From the IMG/VR virus record IMGVR_UViG_2671181033_000009: a DNA stretch of 17,443 nucleotides; one strand, given 5' to 3'. Below the pieces are notes generated by a model. It was not told the DNA's origin, did no database searches, and worked only from the letters and a program-made list of their open reading frames with translations. The translations under genes were made by a program, and so were the position numbers. Of the stretch, positions 1 to 12,557 are shown piece after piece; the first letter of the stretch is position 1, and every line of letters begins with the position of its first letter. This stretch comes from a virus (lineage: Duplodnaviria > Heunggongvirae > Uroviricota > Caudoviricetes).

Positions 1-74
1 CGTTCATCAAGTTTAACGAGGCGCTTGTCCAGTTCAATTATATCTTTAAATTGAGTAAGATGTTTAAAATCCAA
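1..74 (-). CDS. 5' fragment of the next LPS core gene downstream of waaY (possible waaJ-like glycosyltransferase), running off the window edge
   Basis: Open minus-strand frame from a TTG at 74..72 to position 1 (LDFKHLTQFKDIIELDKRLVKLDE...), 24 bp after the waaY stop, with GAAGGG about 8 nt upstream. No ATG is available in frame. Start and identity are uncertain. Confidence 0.35.
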   Translation of the reverse strand, partial: MDFKHLTQFKDIIELDKRLVKLDE

Positions 75-98
75 TTTAATTACCCTTCATCATAATCA

Positions 99-806
99 TT
101 ATTTGCTCTTCAATCCTAGTTTGACTTTTACATCCCTGATTACTTTTTTAATTTTCTTTTTGAATATAAGATATGTATAGCCAAAGTCTTTCAATTCATT
201 TTTTATATTATAGTGCCGTTCAAGATCAATGCGATCTTTTGCTTTTAAAACAGCGGTTGTTTTTTTACCTGAAAGGTCAATTAGTCTTAAACCTTTTTCG
301 GATACTATAAAATTTCCTTTATGAGGATCGCCAGACACCATTCCATGCTGATGCAACTCTTTTATCGATTCTGATAATTGATCCTTCAGATCTTCAGAAA
401 TTTCCAAATACTCATTTAACCCGACACCTTCAATATACTCAATGAGCATAATATAATAATGAGCGAAATTTAATGTTTTACGTTCAGCTAGCAAAAAATA
501 GTCATTAATTGATTGGATGCCTTCACCACGTACCCGATCGGTTTGATAAATTAAATTTTCATAATAATCTTTTTTTATGCAAGATTTTAAGAAACGTTCG
601 GTCATTTTATGCTTTGGCGCATAAACTTTAAGTACAAGAGGTCCACGAGCAGTGTCAATAAGAATGACTTTAGTATCATCAATAGAACGAAAAACTTTTA
701 ATGTTTTAACCCTGCAAGTTAAAAAGTCATTTAGAACTTGCTCATAAAAGGGATCATTATCTTTTATGAAAACTTTCAACCCATTTATCGTTTTATTATA
801 TATCAT
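99..806 (-). CDS. waaY: LPS core heptose(II) kinase WaaY-like protein
   Basis: 235-aa ORF, ATG at 806..804, K-rich kinase-like protein of WaaY size, placed after a GT8 gene in the waaQ operon. Confidence 0.8.
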   Translation of the reverse strand: MIYNKTINGLKVFIKDNDPFYEQVLNDFLTCRVKTLKVFRSIDDTKVILIDTARGPLVLKVYAPKHKMTERFLKSCIKKDYYENLIYQTDRVRGEGIQSINDYFLLAERKTLNFAHYYIMLIEYIEGVGLNEYLEISEDLKDQLSESIKELHQHGMVSGDPHKGNFIVSEKGLRLIDLSGKKTTAVLKAKDRIDLERHYNIKNELKDFGYTYLIFKKKIKKVIRDVKVKLGLKSK

Positions 807-831
807 AATGAATTATTTTAACCTTAAATCT

Positions 832-1839
832 TTAGAAGCATTTTTCTTTATAATACTTTAAATAATTAAAAATGCCTGCCATATAATGCTTTTGTTTAAA
901 TTTATGTTTTGCACAATACCGATACTGATTGCTATTTACAGGTTTAAGTAAATCTTCTTTACTCCACGGAGAAGCTGCTTTGGCGATCAAAAAACTACGT
1001 GACACCGGATAGTCAGCCCACTCATGCCAGGGTTTTGTAGGTCCCACATAGTGTATAAACACGGTGTCATCATTGACTGGATTATCAACTTTGTCTTTTA
1101 ATTCATAGTTAATACTATATCGGGTATTATATTTCTCCGAAATAAACTTCACTTTACCATCCAATAATACATTCAGTACATCTTGATCAAGGTGGGTGAT
1201 TTTACTTACCCAATCTGGGTCACGCAACATTTCAATAGCTTTTGACGAAATGTTATTTAGATTCCACTCATCAATATTTATCAGTAAAAAACCAGCATTG
1301 AAATATCCAAAAGCTAACTGTGGTGTAGTTAATACCGAGGCTCGATTTTGCCACCATTCAACATCTCTTTCAGCTACAACTGCGGCAATTTCATTAGTAG
1401 AAAATTGATAATCTAAGAGTTCTTTAATACTACCCTTGCAAGCAATATCTGCATCAAGATATAGTATTTTTTCATGTTTATGATAGAAATAATCTGCAAT
1501 TATAAATCGAAAATATGTTGCGTAAGTCCAGTTTTTCGTGCTTGGTAATGACTTCAGCTTATCACAATTGATAATATAAATATTAATTCTTGAATTATAT
1601 TGTTTTGCTAAATCAGAAAAATATAATTTGTCTTTATCACTGATATAATCTGTGAAAACATGAAATTCACAAGAGATTTCTCTATTGTTTAATAGAATAG
1701 ATGCGATGGCTACACCACATCCAAAAAGAAAATTTTTGTCAATACCAAATGCTATATCAAGAGTATTTTTAGATCTTATATTTTGATAATGAAAATTATA
1801 CTCAAAAAGGATGATGTCACTATCATTGAGTTGAGACAT
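832..1839 (-). CDS. waaI: GT8-family LPS outer-core hexosyltransferase (WaaI/WaaO-like)
   Basis: 335-aa ORF with the N-terminal and C-terminal look of the WaaI/WaaJ/WaaO/WaaR/WaaT family (for example LDADIACKGSIKELL). Its position directly between waaP and waaY matches the R3-type layout as I recall it. The choice of waaI over waaO is from synteny only. Confidence 0.8.
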   Translation of the reverse strand: MSQLNDSDIILFEYNFHYQNIRSKNTLDIAFGIDKNFLFGCGVAIASILLNNREISCEFHVFTDYISDKDKLYFSDLAKQYNSRINIYIINCDKLKSLPSTKNWTYATYFRFIIADYFYHKHEKILYLDADIACKGSIKELLDYQFSTNEIAAVVAERDVEWWQNRASVLTTPQLAFGYFNAGFLLINIDEWNLNNISSKAIEMLRDPDWVSKITHLDQDVLNVLLDGKVKFISEKYNTRYSINYELKDKVDNPVNDDTVFIHYVGPTKPWHEWADYPVSRSFLIAKAASPWSKEDLLKPVNSNQYRYCAKHKFKQKHYMAGIFNYLKYYKEKCF

Positions 1840-1881
1840 ATTTATTCTGTATCCAAAATTTTGGCAAAAATAAGTTACGGG

Positions 1882-2679
1882 TTACAACGATTTTCGAATC
1901 GTTCTTTCCCTGATTTTTGTGGCTTTTGCTTCTGCTTGCGACAGCAGTCCTTGTTCCTGCTTGAGAATGTCTTTAAGCGGGGCGGCAAAATACACTTTCA
2001 TAAACCGCCAGATATCCCGCTGAGTCAGGCCGATATTCATCGAAGAAAAATAAAGCCCAATAAGATCTTTATCCCGCCAACGACGTGGAACGCGCGTGCG
2101 AAGCTGCGCCCGGTGCAGGTCAATTACCGAAATTTTTAACTCCTCTTCCTTACCGGAAAAAGGCAAGTGCAGCAGGAAATGACAGATATAACAGTCACGG
2201 TGGTTAATGCCCGCAGCATGCATATCGCGCACCATCGTCGCGACACGCTTAATAAGCATACGCTTTACGCGAACATCTGGAGGGTTAGTCGCCCAGTCAG
2301 CACAGTAATCTTCAAGACTTATGGTTGGTGTCAGATCTTCGGTAATAATAAATGAAGTTCTGGTCAGCGGATTCATGCCTTTTTCGCCAAATGCCACCCC
2401 ATACATAGTATCAACGCCGACATCCCGCAGTCGATGAATCGCATTCCATTCGCGGTCTGCGCCTAATACTGGCATCCGCAATGAGAGTAAATTTTTGATT
2501 ATCTCTTTCAGGGTCGTGCCGCGATGCCATTTGAGAAAATAGCTTTTGCCCGCCATTTCAAATCGCAGAGTGCGGCGAGTTTCCAGTTCACGAAAAACCT
2601 CACCCTGCAAGGTTTTAACTTCCTCAAAAGGATCTTTACCGCGCCATAACGTGGCAAACGGCTCTTTAAGTTCAACCAT
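1882..2679 (-). CDS. waaP: LPS core heptose(I) kinase WaaP
   Basis: ORF 1882..2688. The protein is recognisable as WaaP from [21 protein letters not shown], so I place the start at the ATG 2679..2677 (265 aa) rather than the GTG at 2688. It overlaps the waaG stop by 8 nt. Confidence 0.9.
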   Translation of the reverse strand: MVELKEPFATLWRGKDPFEEVKTLQGEVFRELETRRTLRFEMAGKSYFLKWHRGTTLKEIIKNLLSLRMPVLGADREWNAIHRLRDVGVDTMYGVAFGEKGMNPLTRTSFIITEDLTPTISLEDYCADWATNPPDVRVKRMLIKRVATMVRDMHAAGINHRDCYICHFLLHLPFSGKEEELKISVIDLHRAQLRTRVPRRWRDKDLIGLYFSSMNIGLTQRDIWRFMKVYFAAPLKDILKQEQGLLSQAEAKATKIRERTIRKSL

Positions 2680-3796
2680 CCAGACCACCCGTTATGATAT
2701 CCGCCGCTTTCTCTGGCAGACTGTATAAATCTTGTGTATCAGCATAATGTCGCGCATTTTCCGCCCAGGCCTGGCGCAATGAAGATTGCGTTAACGCTTT
2801 GCGTAAAATCTCATTCAATGTTTCCTGGCGGAATGGCTCAGCAATAGCCTCGCCGCAATTGGCGTCGACAATATAATGCGCATAGCCACAAACGGCTGTT
2901 GTTAGTACCGGTAATCCTGCAGTAATCGCTTCCAGTAGCACAATTCCCGCTGCTTCCTGGTAGGCAGGATGCAGTAATAAATCCGCCGCCGCCATTAATT
3001 CCGAGACATCGTTGCGCCCCGAGAAGAAGTGAACATTACTGCGCACGCCGCGTTTTTCTGCCAGCGCCTCAAATTTTCGCGGTTTATCCTGTCCAACAAC
3101 ATATAGCAATGTGTTGTGGCGCAGCGAATCCGGTAACGAAGCAAGTGCTTCAATGGAACGATCGACACCTTTACGCGTGAAGTCTGAACCGACCTGCAAC
3201 AATAAATATTGTTGTTCGGTTATTCCATTCTTCTTACGGAAGATTTCACGGCTATTAGCTGGCTGCTGGCTATATTTACGATCAGGATAAATCCCCGGTG
3301 GCAGAATATGAAAACGCTCCGCTTCAGTCTGATAATGTTTCTGGAAATCGGCGATTTGCTTATCTGTCAGCATCAGCAGCTGTGTCGGCTTGCCCTGTTC
3401 GAAGGTTGCCCGCTCAAAGGCGGCATAATGGCGATAACGTGACGTCAGGTGATAGAAAAAGCCTTTTTCCTGCGCGACTTTCTCGGCATAACAAACATCA
3501 GCGGCATAATAAACGTCCAGCCCCGGCATTTTGTTGAATCCAACGACTTTATCGACGGGATGTTCGCGTAAATGTTTTTGCACCCAGGCAAAATACTCCG
3601 CATTGCGCCCGTGATTGGTATGCGATTTAACCGGCACTTTGATCAGTTCAAATACATCAGGGCATTCGCCTTCCCACGACTGGGTATAAACCCGAACATG
3701 ATGACCTCGGGCGGCGACTGTCTGAGCAATACGCATAAAATCGCGCTGCAAACCGCCAAAGGGAAAATATTTATATAAACAAAAAGCAACGATCAT
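2672..3796 (-). CDS. waaG: LPS glucosyltransferase I WaaG
   Basis: 374-aa ORF beginning [24 protein letters not shown], recognisable as WaaG. Its start overlaps the waaQ stop by 4 nt (ATGA). Confidence 0.95.
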   Translation of the reverse strand: MIVAFCLYKYFPFGGLQRDFMRIAQTVAARGHHVRVYTQSWEGECPDVFELIKVPVKSHTNHGRNAEYFAWVQKHLREHPVDKVVGFNKMPGLDVYYAADVCYAEKVAQEKGFFYHLTSRYRHYAAFERATFEQGKPTQLLMLTDKQIADFQKHYQTEAERFHILPPGIYPDRKYSQQPANSREIFRKKNGITEQQYLLLQVGSDFTRKGVDRSIEALASLPDSLRHNTLLYVVGQDKPRKFEALAEKRGVRSNVHFFSGRNDVSELMAAADLLLHPAYQEAAGIVLLEAITAGLPVLTTAVCGYAHYIVDANCGEAIAEPFRQETLNEILRKALTQSSLRQAWAENARHYADTQDLYSLPEKAADIITGGLDG

Positions 3797-4851
3797 AACG
3801 ACGTACCTGTCGTGGAGGAGGGCAGTAATTTATCGACAGCAGCAATGACATCTGCCGCCGGAATAACCGAAAGATACATCTCATTTCGGTCACGCTGATC
3901 GCGCGTTGGCATTTCCCGGTAATCTCCCGCCCAGAATTGAATCATGTTATTTGACCAGGGACGCCAGAAAATATGGTCTGTCGCACCAAACAGCGATATC
4001 AGCGGCGTATTAACTGCAGCGGCAATATGCGCCGGTGCGGAATCAACGCCAATAAACAGCTGCGCATGATCGATTAACGCACCAAGTTCCGGGAAGGTCA
4101 CCTTTCCAGCCAGCGCCGTTACTGGTGGCGTCTGGCATCCCTGCGCAATTTCATTGACGCAGGCCAGATCGTCTTTATCTGGGCCGGACGTCAGAACAAC
4201 TTCATAACCACGAGCATGTAAGGCATCAATCACAGCGGAAAACTTGGCGTTGTCCCAGCATTTGAAGATTTGCCGCGCCGTAGGTTGGATAACCACATAA
4301 TTTTGTCCAACACCAGCGTGATCAAGTTCGCGACGCATACGTTTCCAGCTTGCAGGCGGGTAACTCATGGTTGTCTGCTTCACCAACGAATCAACTCCCA
4401 ATGGGGTCAGCACGGATAAGTTACTTTCCACCACATTTCCACCCTGCAACGGCACCAAATGGGTGAAACTTTTACGCCAAAAAGCAGACTGCCGATGATG
4501 ATAATCCTGGGAAATTTTCACACGGGCATTTAATAAGCGAACCAGTATAGCAACCATCCATTGATCGGTGAGATTGACGATAAGGTCATACTTATTGGCA
4601 CGTAATACCTTGATGAGATGAAAAAAGTTGGCAATTTTTTCTGAGGCTTTTGCTTTTTTATTTTTTATGCCGTAGAGCGCGTTAATCTCTGGATTTTCAG
4701 ACAGGATCGGGATGGTGTCCTGATAAAGCAGCACATCGATTTTTGCGTCAGGGTAATTTTTTTTCAGCGAACTAATGACGGGAGTAGTTAATAACATATC
4801 CCCATGAAAACGCATCTTAATGAGCAAAATTCTTCGAAATGGCTTATCCAC
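3793..4851 (-). CDS. waaQ: LPS heptosyltransferase III WaaQ
   Basis: ORF with the heptosyltransferase N-terminal pattern (RILLIKMRFHGDMLLTTP), first gene after the JUMPstart leader. Start is either the GTG at 4851 (352 aa) or the in-frame ATG at 4815 (340 aa). Confidence 0.88.
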   Translation of the reverse strand: MDKPFRRILLIKMRFHGDMLLTTPVISSLKKNYPDAKIDVLLYQDTIPILSENPEINALYGIKNKKAKASEKIANFFHLIKVLRANKYDLIVNLTDQWMVAILVRLLNARVKISQDYHHRQSAFWRKSFTHLVPLQGGNVVESNLSVLTPLGVDSLVKQTTMSYPPASWKRMRRELDHAGVGQNYVVIQPTARQIFKCWDNAKFSAVIDALHARGYEVVLTSGPDKDDLACVNEIAQGCQTPPVTALAGKVTFPELGALIDHAQLFIGVDSAPAHIAAAVNTPLISLFGATDHIFWRPWSNNMIQFWAGDYREMPTRDQRDRNEMYLSVIPAADVIAAVDKLLPSSTTGTSL

Positions 4852-4900
4852 AAGTAACTCTTTTTGTTGAGATTATCCGATTAAGGTGAAGCAGAAAAAG

Positions 4901-4939
4901 CACGCTACCGCCCCAGGCTCAACAGCTACCTGAATACTG
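4901..4939 (-). promoter_or_regulatory. JUMPstart element containing the ops site (RfaH-dependent antitermination signal) in the waaQ operon leader
   Basis: Reverse complement of 4901..4939 is CAGTATTCAGGTAGCTGTTGAGCCTGGGGCGGTAGCGTG. It ends with the ops motif GGCGGTAGCGTG and closely matches the 39-bp JUMPstart consensus, about 50 nt upstream of waaQ. Confidence 0.85.
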
Positions 4940-5263
4940 ATACCGCACTGATATTGACGCGCTAGTGTATCACTTCTTTCGCGGCAATCCGACCCGAATG
5001 ATTTTTAAGCACATTGTTGATTTTCAATAAAGAAATCAATCAAATAAAATCATTAGTAACCATATTCTTTCACTGTTGCTCTGCGATTCCTTCCTGCACG
5101 TACAGCAGAAATCAATGAATCGCATAAAAATACAAAAAAAGTATAGATGTTCAGCAAGAATTGGCGGGTAAATTGCTATTTAAGTCAAAAACGGGAAAAG
5201 TAATGGTAAAGCCACAGCTAAATACATAGAATCCCCAGCACATCCATAAGTCAGCTATTTACT

Positions 5264-7028
<1,765 letters not shown>

Positions 7029-7066
7029 CGTTTATGCCGGATGGTATGCCATCCGGCGCGCATGAA

Positions 7067-7876
7067 TTACTTCTGGCACTGCCGACAATAAAACGTTGCC
7101 CGCTGCGCATGTTTAGTCGCCACAATCGGCGTACCGCACACCCGACACGGCTCACCTTTTCGCCCGTAAACCTGCAATTCCTGAGCGAAATAGCCCGGTT
7201 TACCATCACTTTGCAGAAAATCTTTCAGCGTTGTACCACCCTGCTCAATCGAACGCAGCAACACCGCTTTAATCACCCGAGCTAACAATTCACACTCTGC
7301 CAGCGACAGTGATGACGCCAGCCGATCCGGATGGATCCCCGCCGCAAACAGTGATTCGCTGGCATAGATATTCCCTACCCCTACCACCAGCTTGTTATCC
7401 ATCAGCCACGGTTTAATCGCCGTTTTTTTCTTCGCGCACTTCTGATGCAGATACTCACCATTGAAATCGTCGCTAAGCGGCTCCGGTCCAAGATGAGCCA
7501 GCACGTTGTGCCCTTCCAGCTCTTTGGTCCACAGCCAGGCACCAAAGCGGCGCGGATCGGTGTAGCGCAGCACTTTGCCGTTGCTCATCACCAAATCCAC
7601 ATGGTCATGCTTTTCAGGGGGAAGTTCTTCTGGAAGGATGCGCAGGCTGCCAGACATCCCCAAATGAATGATAATCCAGCCCTCAGGCAGCTCCAGCAGC
7701 AGATATTTAGCCCGCCGCTGCACGCTAAGCACTGGTTGGTCGCTTAAACGGTAGATCTCTTCTGAAACCGGCCAGCGCAAGCGTCCGTTGCGCACCACCG
7801 CATGAAGAATGGTTGCACCAACGAGATGCGGTTCTATGCCGCGACGGCTGGTTTCAACTTCGGGTAATTCAGGCAT
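7067..7876 (-). CDS. mutM: Formamidopyrimidine-DNA glycosylase (Fpg/MutM)
   Basis: Protein begins [16 protein letters not shown] (catalytic N-terminal Pro after Met removal) and ends with the zinc-finger [26 protein letters not shown]. Start placed at ATG 7876, 269 aa. Confidence 0.95.
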
Positions 7877-7925
7877 AGCATCTCCAGGAATGAACAGATG
7901 CAATCAATATGGGGGCAAGCAGATA

Positions 7926-7949
7926 ACAAAAAACCCCGCCGGAGCGAGG
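7926..7949 (-). terminator. Intrinsic terminator or attenuator between rpmG and mutM
   Basis: Minus-strand RNA reads CCUCGCUCCGGCGGGG followed by UUUUUUGUU: a 6-bp GC-rich stem with one G-U pair and a U tract. The plus strand forms a weaker hairpin. Confidence 0.6.
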
Positions 7950-7974
7950 TTTTTTGTTACATCAAAGCGAGAAT

Positions 7975-8144
<170 letters not shown>

Positions 8145-8161
8145 TTATTTCCTCTAAGTAC

Positions 8162-8419
<258 letters not shown>

Positions 8420-8614
8420 TTAGCTCGAGCTTCGTATGGGGTATTGGCGCCTCGTCAGGCTTTACAGCCCGGTCATCGCAGTTCTATGTGAACTCTCGAT
8501 TGCCAGGCCCAAATGCCAAACCCGAGATTCTCAAAGGTGGCGTAGTATACGCTGACTCAGCGATGTGCTCAAGTCCCGAACAGACAAAGATCCCGAAGGA
8601 TCGCGCATAGCGGG

Positions 8615-9289
8615 TTAAATCCAGCCGCGTTCGGCAAAAGAAACATACTCTCCACGCCCAATCACGATATGGTCGAGCACGCGTAAATCCATGAACTGAC
8701 AACTCTTTATTATCCGTTCAGTAATGAGTTTATCCGCTTTACTGGGTTCAGCACAACCCGAAGGGTGATTATGTGCAAGGATCAGCGCCGAGGCGTTTAT
8801 TTTTATCGCTTCCCGGATAATTTCCCGAGGATGGACTTCAACATGGTTTAGCGTGCCGGAAAAAAGACGGCTATGCGTTATAACCCGGTGTTGTGAGTCG
8901 AGAAAGATCACCATAAAGATCTCCCGCTCCTCACCCGTGAGCTGGCTTTGTAAAAATTCCCGCGTCATCTCCGGGCTGAGTAAAGGGCTTTCTTCACGCA
9001 TCCGCACGTTGTAGTAACGCCGCGCCAGTTCAGCAATCCCCTTTAACTGGGCAAATTTCGCTACGCCAATTCCATGAACGCCACTAAATTGTTCATATTC
9101 AGAGGTTAACAAGCCATAAAGAGAGCCGAAATTCTCCAGCATCTCTTTTGCCAGGGTTAATACATCTTTACCGCGCGTTCCGGTACGCAGAAATAGCGCC
9201 AGCAGCTCGACATCCGTTAAGGCGCTAATACCAAACTTCAGCATTTTTTCGCGCGGCATCAACAGCTGTGCATTGTTTTTCACCTTCAC
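8615..9289 (-). CDS. yicR: RadC/YicR-family JAB-domain protein (UPF0758)
   Basis: 224-aa ORF with the JAMM-like HNHPSG motif, positioned upstream of rpmBG as in E. coli. The start could instead be the internal Met at 9259. Confidence 0.88.
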
Positions 9290-9454
9290 CTCCTTTGTGG
9301 TGCTCGCATCCTGTCATAGCCGTTTCGTTAAATCGACGGCCAGTTTTCAATCCTGGAAAGCGCCTCGCAAAGTGAATCTCAGGTGAAGGCACGACAACAA
9401 AAGTATTGTGATAAAATCGCCAACTTCTGGTGTCACCCTACAGGAAAAATCATC

Positions 9455-10675
9455 ATGAGCCTGGCCGGTAAAAAAATCGTTCTCGGCGTTAGCGGCGGTA
9501 TTGCTGCCTATAAAACCCCTGAACTGGTGCGTCGTTTGCGCGATCGCGGGGCCGACGTCCGCGTAGCCATGACCGAAGCGGCAAAAGCCTTTATCACCCC
9601 ACTTAGCTTGCAGGCGGTTTCTGGTTATCCCGTTTCCGACAGTCTGCTGGACCCGGCAGCCGAAGCCGCTATGGGCCATATTGAGCTGGGTAAATGGGCT
9701 GATTTAGTGATTCTCGCCCCTGCCACGGCAGATTTGATTGCCCGTGTTGCTGCCGGAATGGCGAATGACCTGGTATCGACGATTTGTCTGGCTACACCTG
9801 CGCCTGTAGCCGTGCTCCCCGCCATGAACCAGCAGATGTACCGTGCCGCTGCCACGCAGCATAATTTAGAGGTGCTTGCTTCCCGTGGTTTGCTCATCTG
9901 GGGGCCAGACAGTGGCAGTCAGGCTTGTGGTGATATCGGTCCTGGGCGAATGCTCGATCCGTTAACCATTGTGGATATGGCGGTAGCGCATTTTTCGCCC
10001 GTCAACGACCTGAAACATCTGAACATTATGATTACCGCCGGCCCGACGCGTGAACCGCTCGATCCCGTGCGTTATATCTCTAATCACAGCTCCGGCAAGA
10101 TGGGTTTTGCTATCGCCGCCGCCGCTGCCCGTCGTGGCGCGAACGTCACGCTGGTATCAGGTCCGGTTTCACTACCGACGCCACCGTTTGTTAAACGTGT
10201 TGATGTGATGACCGCGCTGGAAATGGAAGCCGCCGTGAATGCTTCTGTACAGCAGCAAAATATTTTTATCGGCTGCGCCGCCGTGGCGGATTATCGCGCA
10301 GCTACCGTGGCCCCAGAGAAAATCAAAAAGCAGGCCACGCAGGGTGATGAATTAACAATAAAAATGGTTAAAAACCCCGATATCGTCGCAGGAGTTGCCG
10401 CACTAAAAGACCATCGACCCTACGTCGTTGGATTTGCCGCCGAAACAAATAATGTGGAAGAATACGCCCGGCAAAAACGTATCCGTAAAAACCTTGATCT
10501 GATCTGCGCGAACGATGTTTCCCAGCCAACTCAAGGATTTAACAGCGACAACAACGCATTACACCTTTTCTGGCAGGACGGAGATAAAGTCTTACCACTT
10601 GAGCGCAAAGAGCTCCTTGGCCAATTATTACTCGACGAGATCGTGACCCGTTATGATGAAAAAAATCGACGTTAA
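9455..10675 (+). CDS. coaBC: Bifunctional phosphopantothenoylcysteine decarboxylase / phosphopantothenate-cysteine ligase CoaBC (Dfp)
   Basis: ATG 9455 with AGGA about 10 nt upstream gives 406 aa beginning [20 protein letters not shown] (flavoprotein N-terminal motif). The ORF-track start at 9383 is an upstream extension. Confidence 0.95.
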
Positions 10676-11111
10676 GATTCTGGACCCGCGCGTTGGGAAG
10701 GAATTTCCGCTCCCGACTTATGCCACCTCTGGCTCTGCCGGACTTGACCTGCGTGCCTGTCTCGACGACGCCGTAGAACTGGCTCCGGGTGACACTACGC
10801 TGGTTCCGACCGGGCTGGCGATTCATATTGCCGATCCTTCACTGGCGGCAATGATGCTGCCGCGCTCCGGATTGGGACATAAGCACGGTATCGTGCTTGG
10901 TAACCTGGTAGGATTGATCGATTCTGACTATCAGGGCCAGTTGATGATTTCCGTGTGGAACCGTGGTCAGGACAGCTTCACCATTCAACCTGGCGAACGC
11001 ATCGCCCAGATGATTTTTGTTCCGGTAGTACAGGCTGAATTTAATCTGGTGGAAGATTTCGACGCCACCGACCGCGGTGAAGGCGGCTTTGGTCACTCTG
11101 GTCGTCAGTAA
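10653..11111 (+). CDS. dut: dUTP diphosphatase (dUTPase)
   Basis: 152-aa [39 protein letters not shown]..., overlapping the coaBC 3' end by 23 nt. Confidence 0.95.
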
Positions 11112-11217
11112 CACATACGCATCCGAATAACGTCATAACATAGCCGCAAACATTTCGTTTGCGGTCATAGCGTGGGTGCCGCCTGGCAAGTGCTTATTTT
11201 CAGGGGTATTTTGTAAC

Positions 11218-11814
11218 ATGGCAGAAAAACAAACTGCGAAAAGGAACCGTCGCGAGGAAATACTTCAGTCTCTGGCGCTGATGCTGGAATCCAGCGATGG
11301 AAGCCAACGTATCACGACGGCAAAACTGGCCGCCTCTGTCGGCGTTTCCGAAGCGGCACTGTATCGCCACTTCCCCAGTAAGACCCGCATGTTCGATAGT
11401 CTGATTGAGTTTATCGAAGATAGCCTGATTACTCGCATCAACCTGATTCTGAAAGATGAGAAAGACACCACAGCGCGCCTGCGTCTGATTGTGTTGCTGC
11501 TTCTCGGTTTTGGTGAGCGTAATCCTGGCCTGACCCGCATCCTCACTGGTCATGCGCTAATGTTTGAACAGGATCGCCTGCAAGGGCGCATCAACCAGCT
11601 GTTCGAGCGTATTGAAGCGCAGCTGCGCCAGGTATTGCGTGAAAAGAGAATGCGTGAGGGTGAAGGTTACACCACCGATGAAACCCTGCTGGCAAGCCAG
11701 ATCCTGGCCTTCTGTGAAGGTATGCTGTCACGTTTTGTCCGCAGCGAATTTAAATACCGCCCGACGGATGATTTTGACGCCCGCTGGCCGCTAATTGCCG
11801 CGCAGTTGCAGTAA
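11218..11814 (+). CDS. slmA: Nucleoid occlusion factor SlmA (TetR family)
   Basis: ATG 11218 gives 198 aa beginning [24 protein letters not shown] with a TetR-type HTH. The ORF-track start at 11176 is a GTG extension. Confidence 0.93.
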
Positions 11815-11820
11815 TATGAC

Positions 11821-11842
11821 GCCGGATGACTTTTCATCCGGC
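11821..11842. terminator. Hairpin between convergent slmA and pyrE (probable bidirectional terminator)
   Basis: GCCGGATGA-CTTT-TCATCCGGC is a perfect 9-bp stem with a 4-nt loop, lying between the slmA stop (11814) and the pyrE stop (11851), followed by a T-rich stretch. Confidence 0.6.
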
Positions 11843-11850
11843 GAGTTTCT

Positions 11851-12492
11851 TTAAACGCCAAACTCTTCGCGATAGGCCTTAACCGCCGCCAGATGTTCCG
11901 CCATTTCCGGCTTCTCTTCCAGGTAAGCAATCAGGTCTTTCAGGGTGATGATAGAGATCACTTTGCAGTTGTAATCACGCTCAACTTCCTGAATCGCCGA
12001 AATCTCGCTGCGCCCCCGTTCCTGACGATCGAGCGAAATCAACACGCCAGCAAGCGTCGCGCCATTGGCCTGAATAATTTCCATCGACTCACGAATCGCC
12101 GTTCCGGCGGTGATCACATCATCTACCAGCATTACGCGTCCTTGTAACGCGCTACCAACCAGATTGCCGCCTTCACCGTGGTTTTTTGCCTCTTTGCGGT
12201 TAAAGCAGTACGGCAGGTCCAGGTCATGATGCTCCGCCAGCGCCACGGCGGTTGTGGTGGCAATCGGGATCCCTTTGTAAGCAGGGCCAAACAGCAGATC
12301 GAACTCAATGCCGGAATCCACCAATGCTTCAGCGTAAAAACGGCCTAACAGTGCCAGGTCGCGCCCGGTATTAAACAGCCCGGCGTTGAAGAAATAGGGG
12401 CTTTTACGCCCGGATTTCAGCGTAAACTCGCCAAACTTTAACACCTGCTTGCTAAGCGCAAATTCAATAAACTGGCGCTGATATGGTTTCAT
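11851..12492 (-). CDS. pyrE: Orotate phosphoribosyltransferase
   Basis: Start placed at ATG 12492 ([29 protein letters not shown], 213 aa). The PRPP-binding motif [13 protein letters not shown] is present. Confidence 0.95.
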   Translation of the reverse strand: MKPYQRQFIEFALSKQVLKFGEFTLKSGRKSPYFFNAGLFNTGRDLALLGRFYAEALVDSGIEFDLLFGPAYKGIPIATTTAVALAEHHDLDLPYCFNRKEAKNHGEGGNLVGSALQGRVMLVDDVITAGTAIRESMEIIQANGATLAGVLISLDRQERGRSEISAIQEVERDYNCKVISIITLKDLIAYLEEKPEMAEHLAAVKAYREEFGV

Positions 12493-12522
12493 GCCTTCGC
12501 TCCTCATCTTACTTTTCTACAG

Positions 12523-12552
12523 ACAAAAAAAAGGCGACTCATCAGTCGCCTT
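12523..12552 (-). terminator. pyrE attenuator (intrinsic terminator between rph and pyrE)
   Basis: Minus-strand RNA reads AAGGCGACUGAUGAGUCGCCUU followed by a run of eight U, a few nt after the rph stop and about 30 nt before the pyrE start. This matches the position of the UTP-sensitive attenuator of the rph-pyrE operon. Confidence 0.8.
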
Positions 12553-12557
12553 AAAAA

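Noticed and set aside
8484-8702. 72-aa minus-strand ORF spanning the radC 3' end and the rpmB upstream region
   Set aside because: It overlaps the radC 3' end out of frame and covers the expected rpmBG promoter and leader. It has a C/R-rich composition and no RBS, so it is more likely regulatory DNA than a gene.
9625-9897. 90-aa minus-strand ORF inside coaBC, and similar short ORFs inside waaA, dut, slmA, pyrE and rph (for example 5749..5982, 10839..11114, 11200..11553, 11893..12147, 12592..12918)
   Set aside because: All are embedded in or antisense to confidently recognised genes, with no independent signals.
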